Source: an uncultured Trueperaceae bacterium
Lineage (GTDB): Bacteria; Deinococcota; Deinococci; Deinococcales; Trueperaceae
DNA length: 64,000 nucleotides
Reading direction: 5' to 3'
Assembly (NCBI GenBank): GCA_963727505.1
Contig: CAVSGP010000005.1
Span: forward strand, 32,001 to 96,000
Each line of letters starts with the position of its first letter. Within the stretch, counting starts at the first letter, position 1. Shown piece by piece: positions 10,216 through 19,703 of the stretch. The position numbers and the translations under genes were made by a program. The notes under the pieces were generated by a model that worked only from the letters and a program-made list of their open reading frames with translations, had not been told where the DNA came from and ran no database searches.

Positions 10216-11457
10216 TCACGAGTGGCGTCGGTCCTGCGGGCCCCGCCAGAGCGCCGCGTGCTCGTCGCGCTTCCACCCCGGTGCGTGGAGCGACAGGGGG
10301 TTGCGGGCCCAACCGGCATCGAGCCGCTGCTGGCATGCTTCCCAGCTCGGCCCTCCGCCCGACGCGGTCGGCGCCTCGACGCAGAAGGCGCCGACCGCCG
10401 CGGCGACGGTCAACGCCTCCTCGGGCAACAGTCCACGCAGGAGCGCGGCGATGAAGCCCGCGCAGGTCGCGTCCCCGGCCCCGACCGTGTTGACGACCTC
10501 GGTCCTCAGGCTCGGGCTCCACAGCTCGCGATCGGCCCACGCGTCCACCTCGCGTGGTGTGGCGGACCCCATCGTGTGGAGCGCGTCGGTCATCGCGGTG
10601 CGAAGGTAGACGCCCTCCGACCCCATCTTGAAGAGCACCATCCTGGCGCCCATAGCGAGGAGCTCCCCGGCCAGTCGCGAGACGCGAGCGGCCTGCGCGC
10701 TTCGCCCGTCTGCGCCGGGCGCCGTCGGTTCTTCCTCGCGGGGCGTGTCGCGCAGCAGCACCACCGTCTCGTCGAAACTCGGCATGAACAGGTCTGTGTA
10801 GGGGAGGCTGCGCTCCAGGATCGCGCGCCAGTCGACCTGCCCGGAGGGCGATGCCGGGTCCGGCATCGCCATGTCGAGCGATACCGCCACGCCGCGCTCC
10901 CGCACGGCGCGCAGGAGCGAGGCTAGGGGCCGGCCTCCGTCCGCGTAGAGATGGGGCACCAGGGGCGGGTAGCCGAAGTGGAAGAGGCGGGCGCCCATGA
11001 CGAGGTCGAGATCGACGGCGTCGTTGTCGAACGTGGCGTAGGCGCCGGGCTCGTGCAGGAACATGCGTTCTCCACCGGGGGGTGTCAGTACCATCGTGTA
11101 CGACGTGGATGCGCCAGCCACCGTGGCGATGCCGCTCGTGTCGTCCGCGCCGCCGCGGACCAGAGCGTCGCGCAATGCGTCGCCCAACGCGTCATCCCCG
11201 ACCGTTCCCAGCAGCCGGGTGGGGACGCCCAGCCGTTGCAGCGCCAGGCCGGTGTTCGAGACGGCGCCCCCCGTGGCGAGCCGCGTGCCGCGGACCTCGA
11301 CCAGCGCTCCCGGCTCGAGCGACAGCCGCTCTCCCGCGATGCTGCACACGAGATCCAGGCAGACGTTTCCGGCGACCACCACATCGACGAGGCCGGTTCC
11401 GGCCGTGCGACCGCCGGCGTGCCCGCGTGCCGAGGACGGTCTCACGGTCGGCGCCAC
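10216..11457 (-). CDS. PfkB-family carbohydrate kinase
   Basis: GGAVSNTG, VGDDALG and NTVGAGDATCAG motifs. Confidence 0.9.
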   Translation of the reverse strand: MAPTVRPSSARGHAGGRTAGTGLVDVVVAGNVCLDLVCSIAGERLSLEPGALVEVRGTRLATGGAVSNTGLALQRLGVPTRLLGTVGDDALGDALRDALVRGGADDTSGIATVAGASTSYTMVLTPPGGERMFLHEPGAYATFDNDAVDLDLVMGARLFHFGYPPLVPHLYADGGRPLASLLRAVRERGVAVSLDMAMPDPASPSGQVDWRAILERSLPYTDLFMPSFDETVVLLRDTPREEEPTAPGADGRSAQAARVSRLAGELLAMGARMVLFKMGSEGVYLRTAMTDALHTMGSATPREVDAWADRELWSPSLRTEVVNTVGAGDATCAGFIAALLRGLLPEEALTVAAAVGAFCVEAPTASGGGPSWEACQQRLDAGWARNPLSLHAPGWKRDEHAALWRGPQDRRHS

Positions 11458-11485
11458 GCCCCGAAGTCGCGGCTCGCCCGCACCC

Positions 11486-12310
11486 TCACGCCTTCACGTG
11501 CACGCGCAAGAGCCGGATCTTCTCGCGTGCCACTCGCTTGAGCGCTTCTCTCGCAACCGGGAGCACCTCGTAGTGCACCGTTGCCTCCGGCGCCGCCTGG
11601 CGCCAGGCCTCCACCAGAGCGCGGAACAGGGCAGCTCCGATGTTCACCTTGACGACGCCGAGCTCGGTCGCCCGCGCGAGGTCGTCGGCCGGGATGCCCG
11701 ACCCGCCGTGCAACACCAGCGGCCCGCGAACGGCGTGAGCGATCGCCTCGAGCCGGTCCAGGTCGAGCTTGCTCGGCTGCCCGTGGCGGGAGCCGACCGA
11801 GCAGGCCACCATGTCGGCTCCGGTCTCGCGCATGAGGGTGGCGGCCACCTCGGGCTCGGTCAGATGGACGCCGCTCTCGCCCTCGCCGCCACCGAAGCCA
11901 CCGGCCGCGGTCTCCATGGAGGCGCCCGCCGCGTGCGCGACGGTCGCGATGGTCCTCGAAGCGGCGATGTTCTCGTCCAGGGGGAGTTCGTCGCCGTCGA
12001 ACATCACCGAGGAGTAGCCGGCCCGCAGGCATGCCACGGCCCGGTCCAGGCCGTCGCCGTGGTCCAGGTGCAGCATGACGGGGACGCTGGCCTCGTCGGC
12101 CAGTGCCTGCACCATGGCGGCGAACACCCGGGGCGTTGCCTGCTCCAGGTCGCCTGGGTAGGTCTGCAGGATGATGGGCGCGCGTTCTTCCTCGGCCGCC
12201 TCGATGCAGGCGCGTCCCATCTCCAGATTGGAAACGTTGAAGGCCGGCAGGGCGTAGTGGCCCGCTAGGGCCGCCTCGATCAGCGAACGACCGTCGGACA
12301 CGAAGGGCAT
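11486..12310 (-). CDS. Class II ketose-phosphate aldolase (FbaA/GatY family, divergent)
   Basis: PAFN, HLDHG, SSVMFDG, GSRHG, VLHGGSG and KVNIG motifs. Confidence 0.88.
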   Translation of the reverse strand: MPFVSDGRSLIEAALAGHYALPAFNVSNLEMGRACIEAAEEERAPIILQTYPGDLEQATPRVFAAMVQALADEASVPVMLHLDHGDGLDRAVACLRAGYSSVMFDGDELPLDENIAASRTIATVAHAAGASMETAAGGFGGGEGESGVHLTEPEVAATLMRETGADMVACSVGSRHGQPSKLDLDRLEAIAHAVRGPLVLHGGSGIPADDLARATELGVVKVNIGAALFRALVEAWRQAAPEATVHYEVLPVAREALKRVAREKIRLLRVHVKA

Positions 12311-12383
12311 GGGATCGACCTCCAGGGTGCGAGGCAGGGTGAGGGTCCCCACACCGGGTGCATTGCGAAACGTGCTTCGCCCG

Positions 12384-13463
12384 TCATCTCGAGGGCCCGA
12401 CCACCGGAACGGCGCCCAGCGCTGCGATGGCCTCGGGTGAATGGCCCCGTGCCAGAAGGGGTTCGACGACGTCGCGTTGGAGATCGGGCAGGTAGCACGC
12501 GATCACATCGCCTTTCCCCTCGGGCTCGAGCCGAACGTGCTCCAGACCGGCGGGCAGGATGCATGACTCAGCACTTCCCAACGGCTCGGACTTCCCTTCG
12601 TAGCGCAATGCGACGGGGTCACCGAGGTTGGTCAGGACGGTGCAGCGGCGCGGTCCAGCATCGACTACGTGCTCGCGCTCGAGCCTCCAGCGTTCGAGCG
12701 CGAAGTGCGGGCCGGCGCAACCCATCGTGCGCCGGTTCGTGCCGTCCTCCAACGCCAGGCCCGGGTTGGGGCGCGGGTAGAAGTCCCGGCGGAGCTCGTC
12801 GAGCGTCTCGGCGATGTTGGCGCGCCACGCTGGTTCTCCGACATCCCGACCGTAGAGGTCGGTGGGCATGACGCTCTGACCCAGGTCGGAGGTCTGCTGC
12901 ACCTCGAAGATCAGCGTCTCCGGGCCGAAGGCGTGAAGCACCCCTCCGGGGACGTAGACGGTGTCTCCGGAACGGATGGGGTAGCGATACATGAGGCGGT
13001 CGTAGTCCTGCTCGAGGAACCCCGCCGCGAGCTCTTCGTCGCTCTGTCCCGGCCGGACACCCGCCAGGATGGTCGCCCCCTCCGCCGCCCAAAGGATGTG
13101 CCAGGCCTCGGTCTTGCCGTTCGGCTCGCCATGCTTGCGCCGGGCGGTGGCGTCGTCGGCGTGAAGGTGCACGGGCAACGGGCGGCTGGCGTCGAGCAGC
13201 TTCGCGAGCAGCGGGAAGTGCGGCCCATGCCACGACCGGCCGACGAGGGCCTCGGGATGCTCTTGGACCAGCGTGCGGAGGCTGGAGCCAGCGTACGCGC
13301 CGTTGCGTACCGTTGCCATGGCATCGCGGTGGTCGCTCACCTCCCAGCTCTCCGCCACGTCCCCAGGCGGCAGGCCCTGCTTCCCGAGGCGATCGGCGAT
13401 CAAGCGTTGGCCGAAAGCGTACGTTCGGACGTGGAAGGTGAGCTTGAGTGGGTAGAGGTCCAT
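12384..13463 (-). CDS. Type I mannose-6-phosphate isomerase-like cupin (divergent)
   Basis: AESWEVS, FPLLAKLLDA, GKTEAW, VPGGVLHA and EVQQTSD motifs. Confidence 0.85.
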   Translation of the reverse strand: MDLYPLKLTFHVRTYAFGQRLIADRLGKQGLPPGDVAESWEVSDHRDAMATVRNGAYAGSSLRTLVQEHPEALVGRSWHGPHFPLLAKLLDASRPLPVHLHADDATARRKHGEPNGKTEAWHILWAAEGATILAGVRPGQSDEELAAGFLEQDYDRLMYRYPIRSGDTVYVPGGVLHAFGPETLIFEVQQTSDLGQSVMPTDLYGRDVGEPAWRANIAETLDELRRDFYPRPNPGLALEDGTNRRTMGCAGPHFALERWRLEREHVVDAGPRRCTVLTNLGDPVALRYEGKSEPLGSAESCILPAGLEHVRLEPEGKGDVIACYLPDLQRDVVEPLLARGHSPEAIAALGAVPVVGPSR

Positions 13464-13528
13464 ACATGCCCCTGACTTGGTCGCCATCGCAGACGAGATC
13501 ATCGTACGTCCGTCGCTGGAGTGCCTCC

Positions 13529-14449
13529 TCAACCTTTGACGGCCCCGAACGTCAGGCCCCGGACCACGTAGCGCTGTGCCAGCAAGGCTGCGACCACCGG
13601 CGGCAGGATCGCCACCAACGTCCGCACGCTGATGACGTTGAACTGGATTCCTTGCACGCCTGTGCCCGATCCGATGAGGAGCGGTAGGGTCTGGCTCGTG
13701 GGGCCCGTGAGGATGAGGGCGAACAGGAACTCGTTCCAACTGAACGCGAAGCAGATGAGCCCGGCGGCCACCAACCCGGCTGCGGCGAGCGGCATGGCCA
13801 CCAGCCAGAACGTCTGCATCCGGTTGGCTCCGTCCACCAGTGCGGCCTCCTCGAGCTCGAAGGGGAGCTCACGGAAGATCGACCGCATGATCAGCACCAC
13901 GAAGGGCATGTTGAAGGTGGTGTGGGCGATGACCACCGACGTGAGGTTGTTGAGGAGCGTTCGGCTGCCCGTTGCCATGCAGGCCAGCTGCAGGGGTTGA
14001 GGGAGATGGAGGCCCCACAGGTCGAGCGGCTGGCACCCCGAGCGCATCATCAGTAGGAACGGCACGATGACCACGGCCGGGGGAAGGAAGCGTTGCGACA
14101 GGAACCAGATGGACAGGTTCAGGTTGTCCGGGATGTAGTAGCGGAAGCGCGCCAGGGCGTAACCCGCGAGCGTCCCGAGTAGCAGCGCCAGCACGGTGCT
14201 GACGACCGCCACGATGAGGCTGTGGCTTGCGGCGGAGACGAGGCCACTCTGCCCCGACAGCTCCGATCGCCAGGTCGCCAGCGTGGGCTCGAACTGCACG
14301 AACGGGATGAACCAGGGCTTGTAGGTGTCCTGCAGGCGCATGATCGAGTTCCGTAGCGCCCACAGGAAGGGGAAGATCGACCACAGGGTGGCCACGAGCA
14401 GCAGGACGACGAACAGCGCGACCTGGAGGGGGGATCGACGGCGGATCAC
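13529..14449 (-). CDS. Carbohydrate ABC permease (MalG-like)
   Basis: EAA loop ELEEAALVDGA, FSWNEF and GLTFGAVKG motifs. Confidence 0.92.
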   Translation of the reverse strand: MIRRRSPLQVALFVVLLLVATLWSIFPFLWALRNSIMRLQDTYKPWFIPFVQFEPTLATWRSELSGQSGLVSAASHSLIVAVVSTVLALLLGTLAGYALARFRYYIPDNLNLSIWFLSQRFLPPAVVIVPFLLMMRSGCQPLDLWGLHLPQPLQLACMATGSRTLLNNLTSVVIAHTTFNMPFVVLIMRSIFRELPFELEEAALVDGANRMQTFWLVAMPLAAAGLVAAGLICFAFSWNEFLFALILTGPTSQTLPLLIGSGTGVQGIQFNVISVRTLVAILPPVVAALLAQRYVVRGLTFGAVKG

Positions 14450-14450
14450 A

Positions 14451-15386
14451 CTAGTCCTCCCCGAAGATGCTGATGCGCAACCCGCCCGCGAACAGCAGGA
14501 CGTTGACCACGATCAGCACCAGGATGAGCAGCAGGAAGCCGTACGAGGCGGCCGATCCGAGCGCGAACGAGTTGAACGCCACGCGCCACACCAGCATGGT
14601 GTAGGTCTGCGTGGCGATGCCGGGACCCCCCTTGGTGAACGCGAACGGGATATCGATGATCTTGAACGCCTCCACCGTGGTCAGGAGTAGGGCGAGGGCG
14701 ATCATGGGCTTGAGCAGCGGCAGCGTCACGAACCGGAAGACGTCCCAGCCGTTGTTGGTCTCGAGGCTGGCTGCCTCGTAGACCTCCTCGGGGATCCCCT
14801 GCATGCCGGCCAACAGCACGAGGAAGGAGAATGGCGTCCAGCGCCAGATCTCCAGCATCGTCACGGCCACGGCGGCGCCGGTAGGGTCGGAGCCCCAGTT
14901 GACGGCCAGCGAAGCGTTCGACCCTAGCAGGTGCAGCAGGCCCTGAACGGCACCGAGGAGGCCGTTGATCGGGCCGTTCTGAGCGAACAGGATGACCGCG
15001 AGATAGCCGATGCCCACCGGCGTGGCGAACAGCGGGATCATGAACAACATACGGAAGAGGTTGCGGCCTGCCAGACGCTGGCTCATGAGCATGGCAAGGC
15101 CGAGGCCGACAGCCAACGAGGCGGCGACCGTTACGACCACGAGGATGGCGGTGAAGCTCAGCGCGGTCCAGAACTGCGCGTCCTGGAAGGCGCCGGCGTA
15201 GTTGCTGAAGCCGATGAACCGCACCGGTTGCCCCAGGCGGGCCCGTTGGAAGCTCAGGATCAGCGCGTGGATGAGCGGGTACAGCGTGAAGGCCAGCGTC
15301 CACAACGCCGCCGGCAGGATGAACCAGGTGCGCGCGGTGCCGAGACTCACGCGGAGGCCGCGCTTCACCGTTGCACGTGCACTCAT
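14451..15386 (-). CDS. Carbohydrate ABC permease (MalF-like)
   Basis: WRWTPF, EVYEAASLE and TKGGPG motifs. ATG at 15386 follows AGGAG, downstream of two hairpins. Confidence 0.9.
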   Translation of the reverse strand: MSARATVKRGLRVSLGTARTWFILPAALWTLAFTLYPLIHALILSFQRARLGQPVRFIGFSNYAGAFQDAQFWTALSFTAILVVVTVAASLAVGLGLAMLMSQRLAGRNLFRMLFMIPLFATPVGIGYLAVILFAQNGPINGLLGAVQGLLHLLGSNASLAVNWGSDPTGAAVAVTMLEIWRWTPFSFLVLLAGMQGIPEEVYEAASLETNNGWDVFRFVTLPLLKPMIALALLLTTVEAFKIIDIPFAFTKGGPGIATQTYTMLVWRVAFNSFALGSAASYGFLLLILVLIVVNVLLFAGGLRISIFGED

Positions 15387-15414
15387 CGATCGACCGCTCC
15401 TGTACGCAAGAGGG

Positions 15415-15502
15415 GGGTTGGGCGCCGGCGGCGCCCAACCCTGGGAGTTTGCGTGCACCGTGTCATGTCGAGGCGCGTGAGCCGCTCCAGCGGCTCACGC
15501 GC
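15415..15502 (-). promoter_or_regulatory. Two strong stem-loops between the SBP and permease genes
   Basis: gggttgggcgcc/ggcgcccaaccc (15415-15441) and gcgcgtgagccgct/agcggctcacgcgc (15473-15502). Confidence 0.7.
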
Positions 15503-15512
15503 GGAGTCTCCG

Positions 15513-17195
15513 CTACTTCAACGATTCCTGGAAGACGTTGATCTGATCCTGACGGCCGATCTGATCGGTCGTGGTGTTCCAGCGCTTGGCGACCTGATCG
15601 AGGGCGGCCTGTGGGCTCATCTGGCCGGTGATGGCGGCCTGGATGTTCTGTTCGAGCGCGAGCGCGTAGTCGGGGGTTCCGGGGACACGCAGGTACTCGT
15701 AGGCCTTCTCGGTGAAGTTCTGGGCGTAGGCGTCGGAGATCTGCTTGATGTCGTCGGCGTTGAACCCGGCGCTCAGGTAGTTGTTGATGTTCGCGGAGCC
15801 GTTCGGCGGCAGGAAGTCCGTGTGCCGACCGAGGTCGATGCCGTCGAAGCCCCAGCGGGCGTTCCACAGGTGCATGGCCGGGCTGGAGAGGAAGGCGTAC
15901 AGAGCGTAGGTGGCGTCGGGGTGTTGTGAGAGCGAAGAGACCATGCCCGACCAGCTGGCGCCGGCCTCGTTCCCCACGTGGTTCGGTTGGCTCAGCGTGT
16001 CCCAGCTCTTGGTGGAGACGTTGTAGACCTCGGTGGAGCCCGGGACGGGCGCCACGCCCAGGTGGCCCTTCACCGGCGACTTGCCGTCCGGCGACTCCAC
16101 GATGGTGCCGGTGTCACCGAAGTTGATCTGGAAGACCGCCTGGCCCTCGGCGAACATGTTGAAGGAGGTGCCGAGGTCGATGGACGCGGGGTCCTGCGGG
16201 CCGCACTTGTAGAGGTCGACGAAGGTCTGCAGCCCCTTCACCGCCGCCGGATTGTTGATGAGGGGATCCATGGTCTTCGGATCGAACTGCAGGGTCTGGC
16301 TGTACCCCTGCGACGCTCCGCCAGGGACCACCCCGTACTGGGCCGCGACGGCCCGGTAGTACTCGAAGAACTGGCTCCCGATCTGAGCGGGCTCGACGAT
16401 GCCGTACAGCGGCTTGCCCGTGTTCAACGGGTCCTTGCCGTTGAAGTAGCACGACTCCTTCACGAGCTGGTCGAGCGTCGAGGGGACCACGAGGTCCTCA
16501 CCCGTCGCCTGTTTGTACGCTGCCTGGACGTCGGGGCTGTCGAGCACGTCCTTGCGGTAGTACAGCACGACGCCGTCGGAGTCCCAGGGGGCCGCGTACC
16601 AGGTGCTGCCCCAGCGGTAGAGCCGTTGCAGGCTGGGCTCGAGCACGCCGTCAAGACCCCACTGGGTGGGATCCTGGTTGGTGTTGTCGAACACGCCCGC
16701 GTACTTATCGGACTTCATGTAGTCGTTGAGAGGGACGATGAAGTTGCCGGAGACGAGGCTACCCATGAATGCCATCGGAACGACAAAGCCGTCGTAGGCT
16801 CCCGTTCCAGTGCGCACGTCGTTGAACATGACTGGGGCCAGGTCGTCGAACGGCTTCTGGACGACGTTGACCTTGGCGCCGGTGAGTGCCTCGAACGCCG
16901 GCACCCAGTTGATGATGCCGCCCGAGATGGCGCCCTTGTCGCCGGCCTGCAAGGTCATGATGTTCAGCGTGACGCCGGCGAAGGGCTTCGTGCCGCCGTT
17001 CTTCCAGGCGTCCGTGATCAGCGTGCCCAGCGTGCCGGGAGCGAAAGTGACGGTGTCACCGGGGTAGAGGCTCTTGACGACGAACGATCCGTCGGGCTGC
17101 TGCGTGACGTACTGGTCGCCTTGCGCGAACGCGACCGAAGCACAGAGCAAGAGCAGCGCTCCCAGGAGAATTCCGAGCCTACGATGTCCGACCAT
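15513..17195 (-). CDS. Carbohydrate ABC transporter solute-binding protein (CUT1, large)
   Basis: Signal peptide ending AFAQ; PWDSDGVVLYYRKD motif. ATG at 17195 follows GGAGG. Confidence 0.88.
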   Translation of the reverse strand: MVGHRRLGILLGALLLLCASVAFAQGDQYVTQQPDGSFVVKSLYPGDTVTFAPGTLGTLITDAWKNGGTKPFAGVTLNIMTLQAGDKGAISGGIINWVPAFEALTGAKVNVVQKPFDDLAPVMFNDVRTGTGAYDGFVVPMAFMGSLVSGNFIVPLNDYMKSDKYAGVFDNTNQDPTQWGLDGVLEPSLQRLYRWGSTWYAAPWDSDGVVLYYRKDVLDSPDVQAAYKQATGEDLVVPSTLDQLVKESCYFNGKDPLNTGKPLYGIVEPAQIGSQFFEYYRAVAAQYGVVPGGASQGYSQTLQFDPKTMDPLINNPAAVKGLQTFVDLYKCGPQDPASIDLGTSFNMFAEGQAVFQINFGDTGTIVESPDGKSPVKGHLGVAPVPGSTEVYNVSTKSWDTLSQPNHVGNEAGASWSGMVSSLSQHPDATYALYAFLSSPAMHLWNARWGFDGIDLGRHTDFLPPNGSANINNYLSAGFNADDIKQISDAYAQNFTEKAYEYLRVPGTPDYALALEQNIQAAITGQMSPQAALDQVAKRWNTTTDQIGRQDQINVFQESLK

Positions 17196-17344
17196 ACGAA
17201 TCAACCTCCGATCCATCCTGTCGGTCGACCACGCCTATCGTGGTCCGTGCACCTGTCCCCAGCTGCCCTCGACCGACATGTTCGCCTCGCTTGGTTCTCG
17301 CCATGAACGGACAGTCCGTCCGGAAGATCGGGTTGAGGATTTCA

Positions 17345-17358
17345 GGTTAACGTTCCCA
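17345..17358. promoter_or_regulatory. Putative LacI-type operator upstream of the CUT1 SBP gene
   Basis: GGTTAACGTTCCCA (reverse complement TGGGAACGTTAACC). Confidence 0.6.
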
Positions 17359-17508
17359 TGGCGGGCGGTGCAATGGTCGCAAGTCCCGCCGCGTCCGCTG
17401 CACGCAGGGATCGAGGCCCCCGGTCTGCGACTGCCCGCGATCCTCTTGTGGGCGGCGCGCGTGGGCCACGGGGCTCTTGAAGATTCGCGCATCGAGCGAG
17501 CCTGTTGC

Positions 17509-19014
17509 TCAACCACGGGCGGCCCGCAGGGTGGCGTAATACAGGTCCCCCAGGTGCAGGTCGCGCTTCAACGCACGCAACGCGGTGGCGGCGTCGATGA
17601 CGACCGACTCCACGCCCGCGATCTCCGCGAAGTCCGCCACGTGCTCGCTCGTGAGGGCGTAGCTGAACACCGTGTGGTGCGCGCCTCCGGCGTAGATCCA
17701 GGCCGCGACGCCGGTCTCGAAGCTGGGTTCGACGCGCCACAGTGCGCGGGCCACCGGCAGTTTCGGGAGCGGCGGCGGCGTCACGGCTTCCACCTCGTTG
17801 ACCAGCAGGCGGAAGCGGTTGCCCAGGTCGACCAGCGACACGTTGACGGCCCGTCCCGGGCGTGCGTCGAACACGAGACGCACCGGGTCCTGCTTCCCGC
17901 CGATCGAGAGCGGGTGCACCTCGAGCGCGGGGGTGCCGGCCGCGATGCTGGGGCAGACCTCGAGCATGTGGGCGCCCAGCACCTGCTCCCCGCCAGACGG
18001 CAGGTGGTAGGTGTAGTCCTCCATGAACGAGGTGCCGCCGCTCGCGCCCGCCATCACCTTGGCGGCGCGCAGCAGGGCTGCGGTCTTCCAGTCCCCCTCG
18101 GCGCCGAAACCGTAGCCGTCCGCCATGAGGCGCTGCACGGCGAGCCCGGGTAGCTGCTTGAGCCCGTGCAGGTCCTCGAAGGTGGTCGTGAAGCCCTTGA
18201 AGCCTCCGTCTTCGAGGAACGCGCGGAGGCCGAGCTCGATGCGGGCTCCGTCCTTGAGGGAGTCCTCGCGCTCCCCGCCGGGCATGAGCTCGGGAGCGAC
18301 CCGGTAGCTCTCGCGGTACTCCTCGAGCTGCCCATCGACGGCTGTTTCCTCGACCGCGTCCACACGCTCGACCAGATCGCCGACGCCGTACCCGTCGACG
18401 GTGAACCCGAAGCGCATCTCGGCCGCGACCTTGTCCCCCTCGGTCACGGCGACCTGGCGCATGTTGTCGCCGAAGCGCGCGAAGCGCGCTCCTTGCAGGT
18501 CATACCAGGCGTGGGTGGCGCTGGCCCAGGTGGCCAAGTGAGCGCGGACGGCGGGGTCTTGCCAGTGGCCGACCACGACCTTGCGCCGTAGCCCCATGCG
18601 TGTGTGCAGGAACCCGGCCTCCCTGTCACCGTGGGCCGACTGGTTGAGGTTCATGAAGTCCATGTCGATGGTGTCCCAGGGCAGCTCGCGGTTGAACTGG
18701 GTGTGCAGGTGACAGAGCGGCTTGTCGAGGGAGCTAAGGCCACGGATCCACATCTTGGCCGGCGAGAAGGTGTGCATCCACAACACGACGCCGGCGCAGG
18801 CGGGATCCTGGTCGGCTCGATGGCAGGCGCCGGCGATCTCGTCGGAGGTCGTCATCACCCCCTGGAAGATCACCTCGAGCGGCATGCCGGGCGCCGCGGC
18901 GAGGCCACGCGCGATGGTTCGGGCGTGCTCCTCCACCTGCTCGAGTGCCTCGGCGCCGTACAGCTGCTGCGAGCCGCAGAGGAACCAGATCTGGGGTGGT
19001 TGGTGATCGCGCAT
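17509..19014 (-). CDS. araA: L-arabinose isomerase
   Basis: [47 protein letters not shown] and GGAHH motifs. Confidence 0.97.
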   Translation of the reverse strand: MRDHQPPQIWFLCGSQQLYGAEALEQVEEHARTIARGLAAAPGMPLEVIFQGVMTTSDEIAGACHRADQDPACAGVVLWMHTFSPAKMWIRGLSSLDKPLCHLHTQFNRELPWDTIDMDFMNLNQSAHGDREAGFLHTRMGLRRKVVVGHWQDPAVRAHLATWASATHAWYDLQGARFARFGDNMRQVAVTEGDKVAAEMRFGFTVDGYGVGDLVERVDAVEETAVDGQLEEYRESYRVAPELMPGGEREDSLKDGARIELGLRAFLEDGGFKGFTTTFEDLHGLKQLPGLAVQRLMADGYGFGAEGDWKTAALLRAAKVMAGASGGTSFMEDYTYHLPSGGEQVLGAHMLEVCPSIAAGTPALEVHPLSIGGKQDPVRLVFDARPGRAVNVSLVDLGNRFRLLVNEVEAVTPPPLPKLPVARALWRVEPSFETGVAAWIYAGGAHHTVFSYALTSEHVADFAEIAGVESVVIDAATALRALKRDLHLGDLYYATLRAARG

Positions 19015-19052
19015 GGTGGGACTGCCTCCTTCGGGCGTAGAGGCCGGCGTGG

Positions 19053-19703
19053 TCACTGCCCGTAGACGGTGGTGTAGCGCTCGTAGAGCGCGTCGATGTC
19101 GTCCTGCGCGATGAGTTCCGGTGTCCCCAGCTGTAGCGCGTGGTGCACGGTGCGCGCCACGTCCTCGCACATCACCGCGGCCTTGACGGCGGCCTTCGGG
19201 GTGGCGCCGACGGTGAACACGCCGTGGCTCTGCATCAGCGCGGCGGGAGAGCGGTGACCGCGCAGCAGGCGCACCACTTCGAGGCCGATCGCTTCGCCGC
19301 CGATGCGCTCGAAGCCGCCGCAGGGGATGGGACCACCGAACTCGTCGGCCATGGCCGTGAGCACGCAAGGGATCTCCCGGCCCAGAGCTGCGAAGGCCGT
19401 GGCATAGGAGCTGTGCGTGTGAACGATGCCCCCCACCTCGGGCATTGCCCGGTAGATGGCGGCATGGGTGGCGGTGTCCGAAGAGGGCTTGAGGTCGCCC
19501 TCGACCGACAGGTCGTCGAGATCGACGACGCACATGGAGGCGGGGTCGAGGTCCTCGAAGGCCACTCCACTCGGCTTGATCACCATGCGTCCGTCGCCTT
19601 CCAGGCGTCCCGAGATGTTGCCGCTGGTCCACGCGACGAGCCGCTCTGCCGGCAGCAGCGCATGGAGGTCCGACACCGTCTGGCGGAGCTCGTGCAACGT
19701 CAC
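19053..19703 (-). CDS. araD: L-ribulose-5-phosphate 4-epimerase
   Basis: [25 protein letters not shown] and C-terminal YGQ; lies between araB and araA. Confidence 0.93.
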   Translation of the reverse strand: MTLHELRQTVSDLHALLPAERLVAWTSGNISGRLEGDGRMVIKPSGVAFEDLDPASMCVVDLDDLSVEGDLKPSSDTATHAAIYRAMPEVGGIVHTHSSYATAFAALGREIPCVLTAMADEFGGPIPCGGFERIGGEAIGLEVVRLLRGHRSPAALMQSHGVFTVGATPKAAVKAAVMCEDVARTVHHALQLGTPELIAQDDIDALYERYTTVYGQ

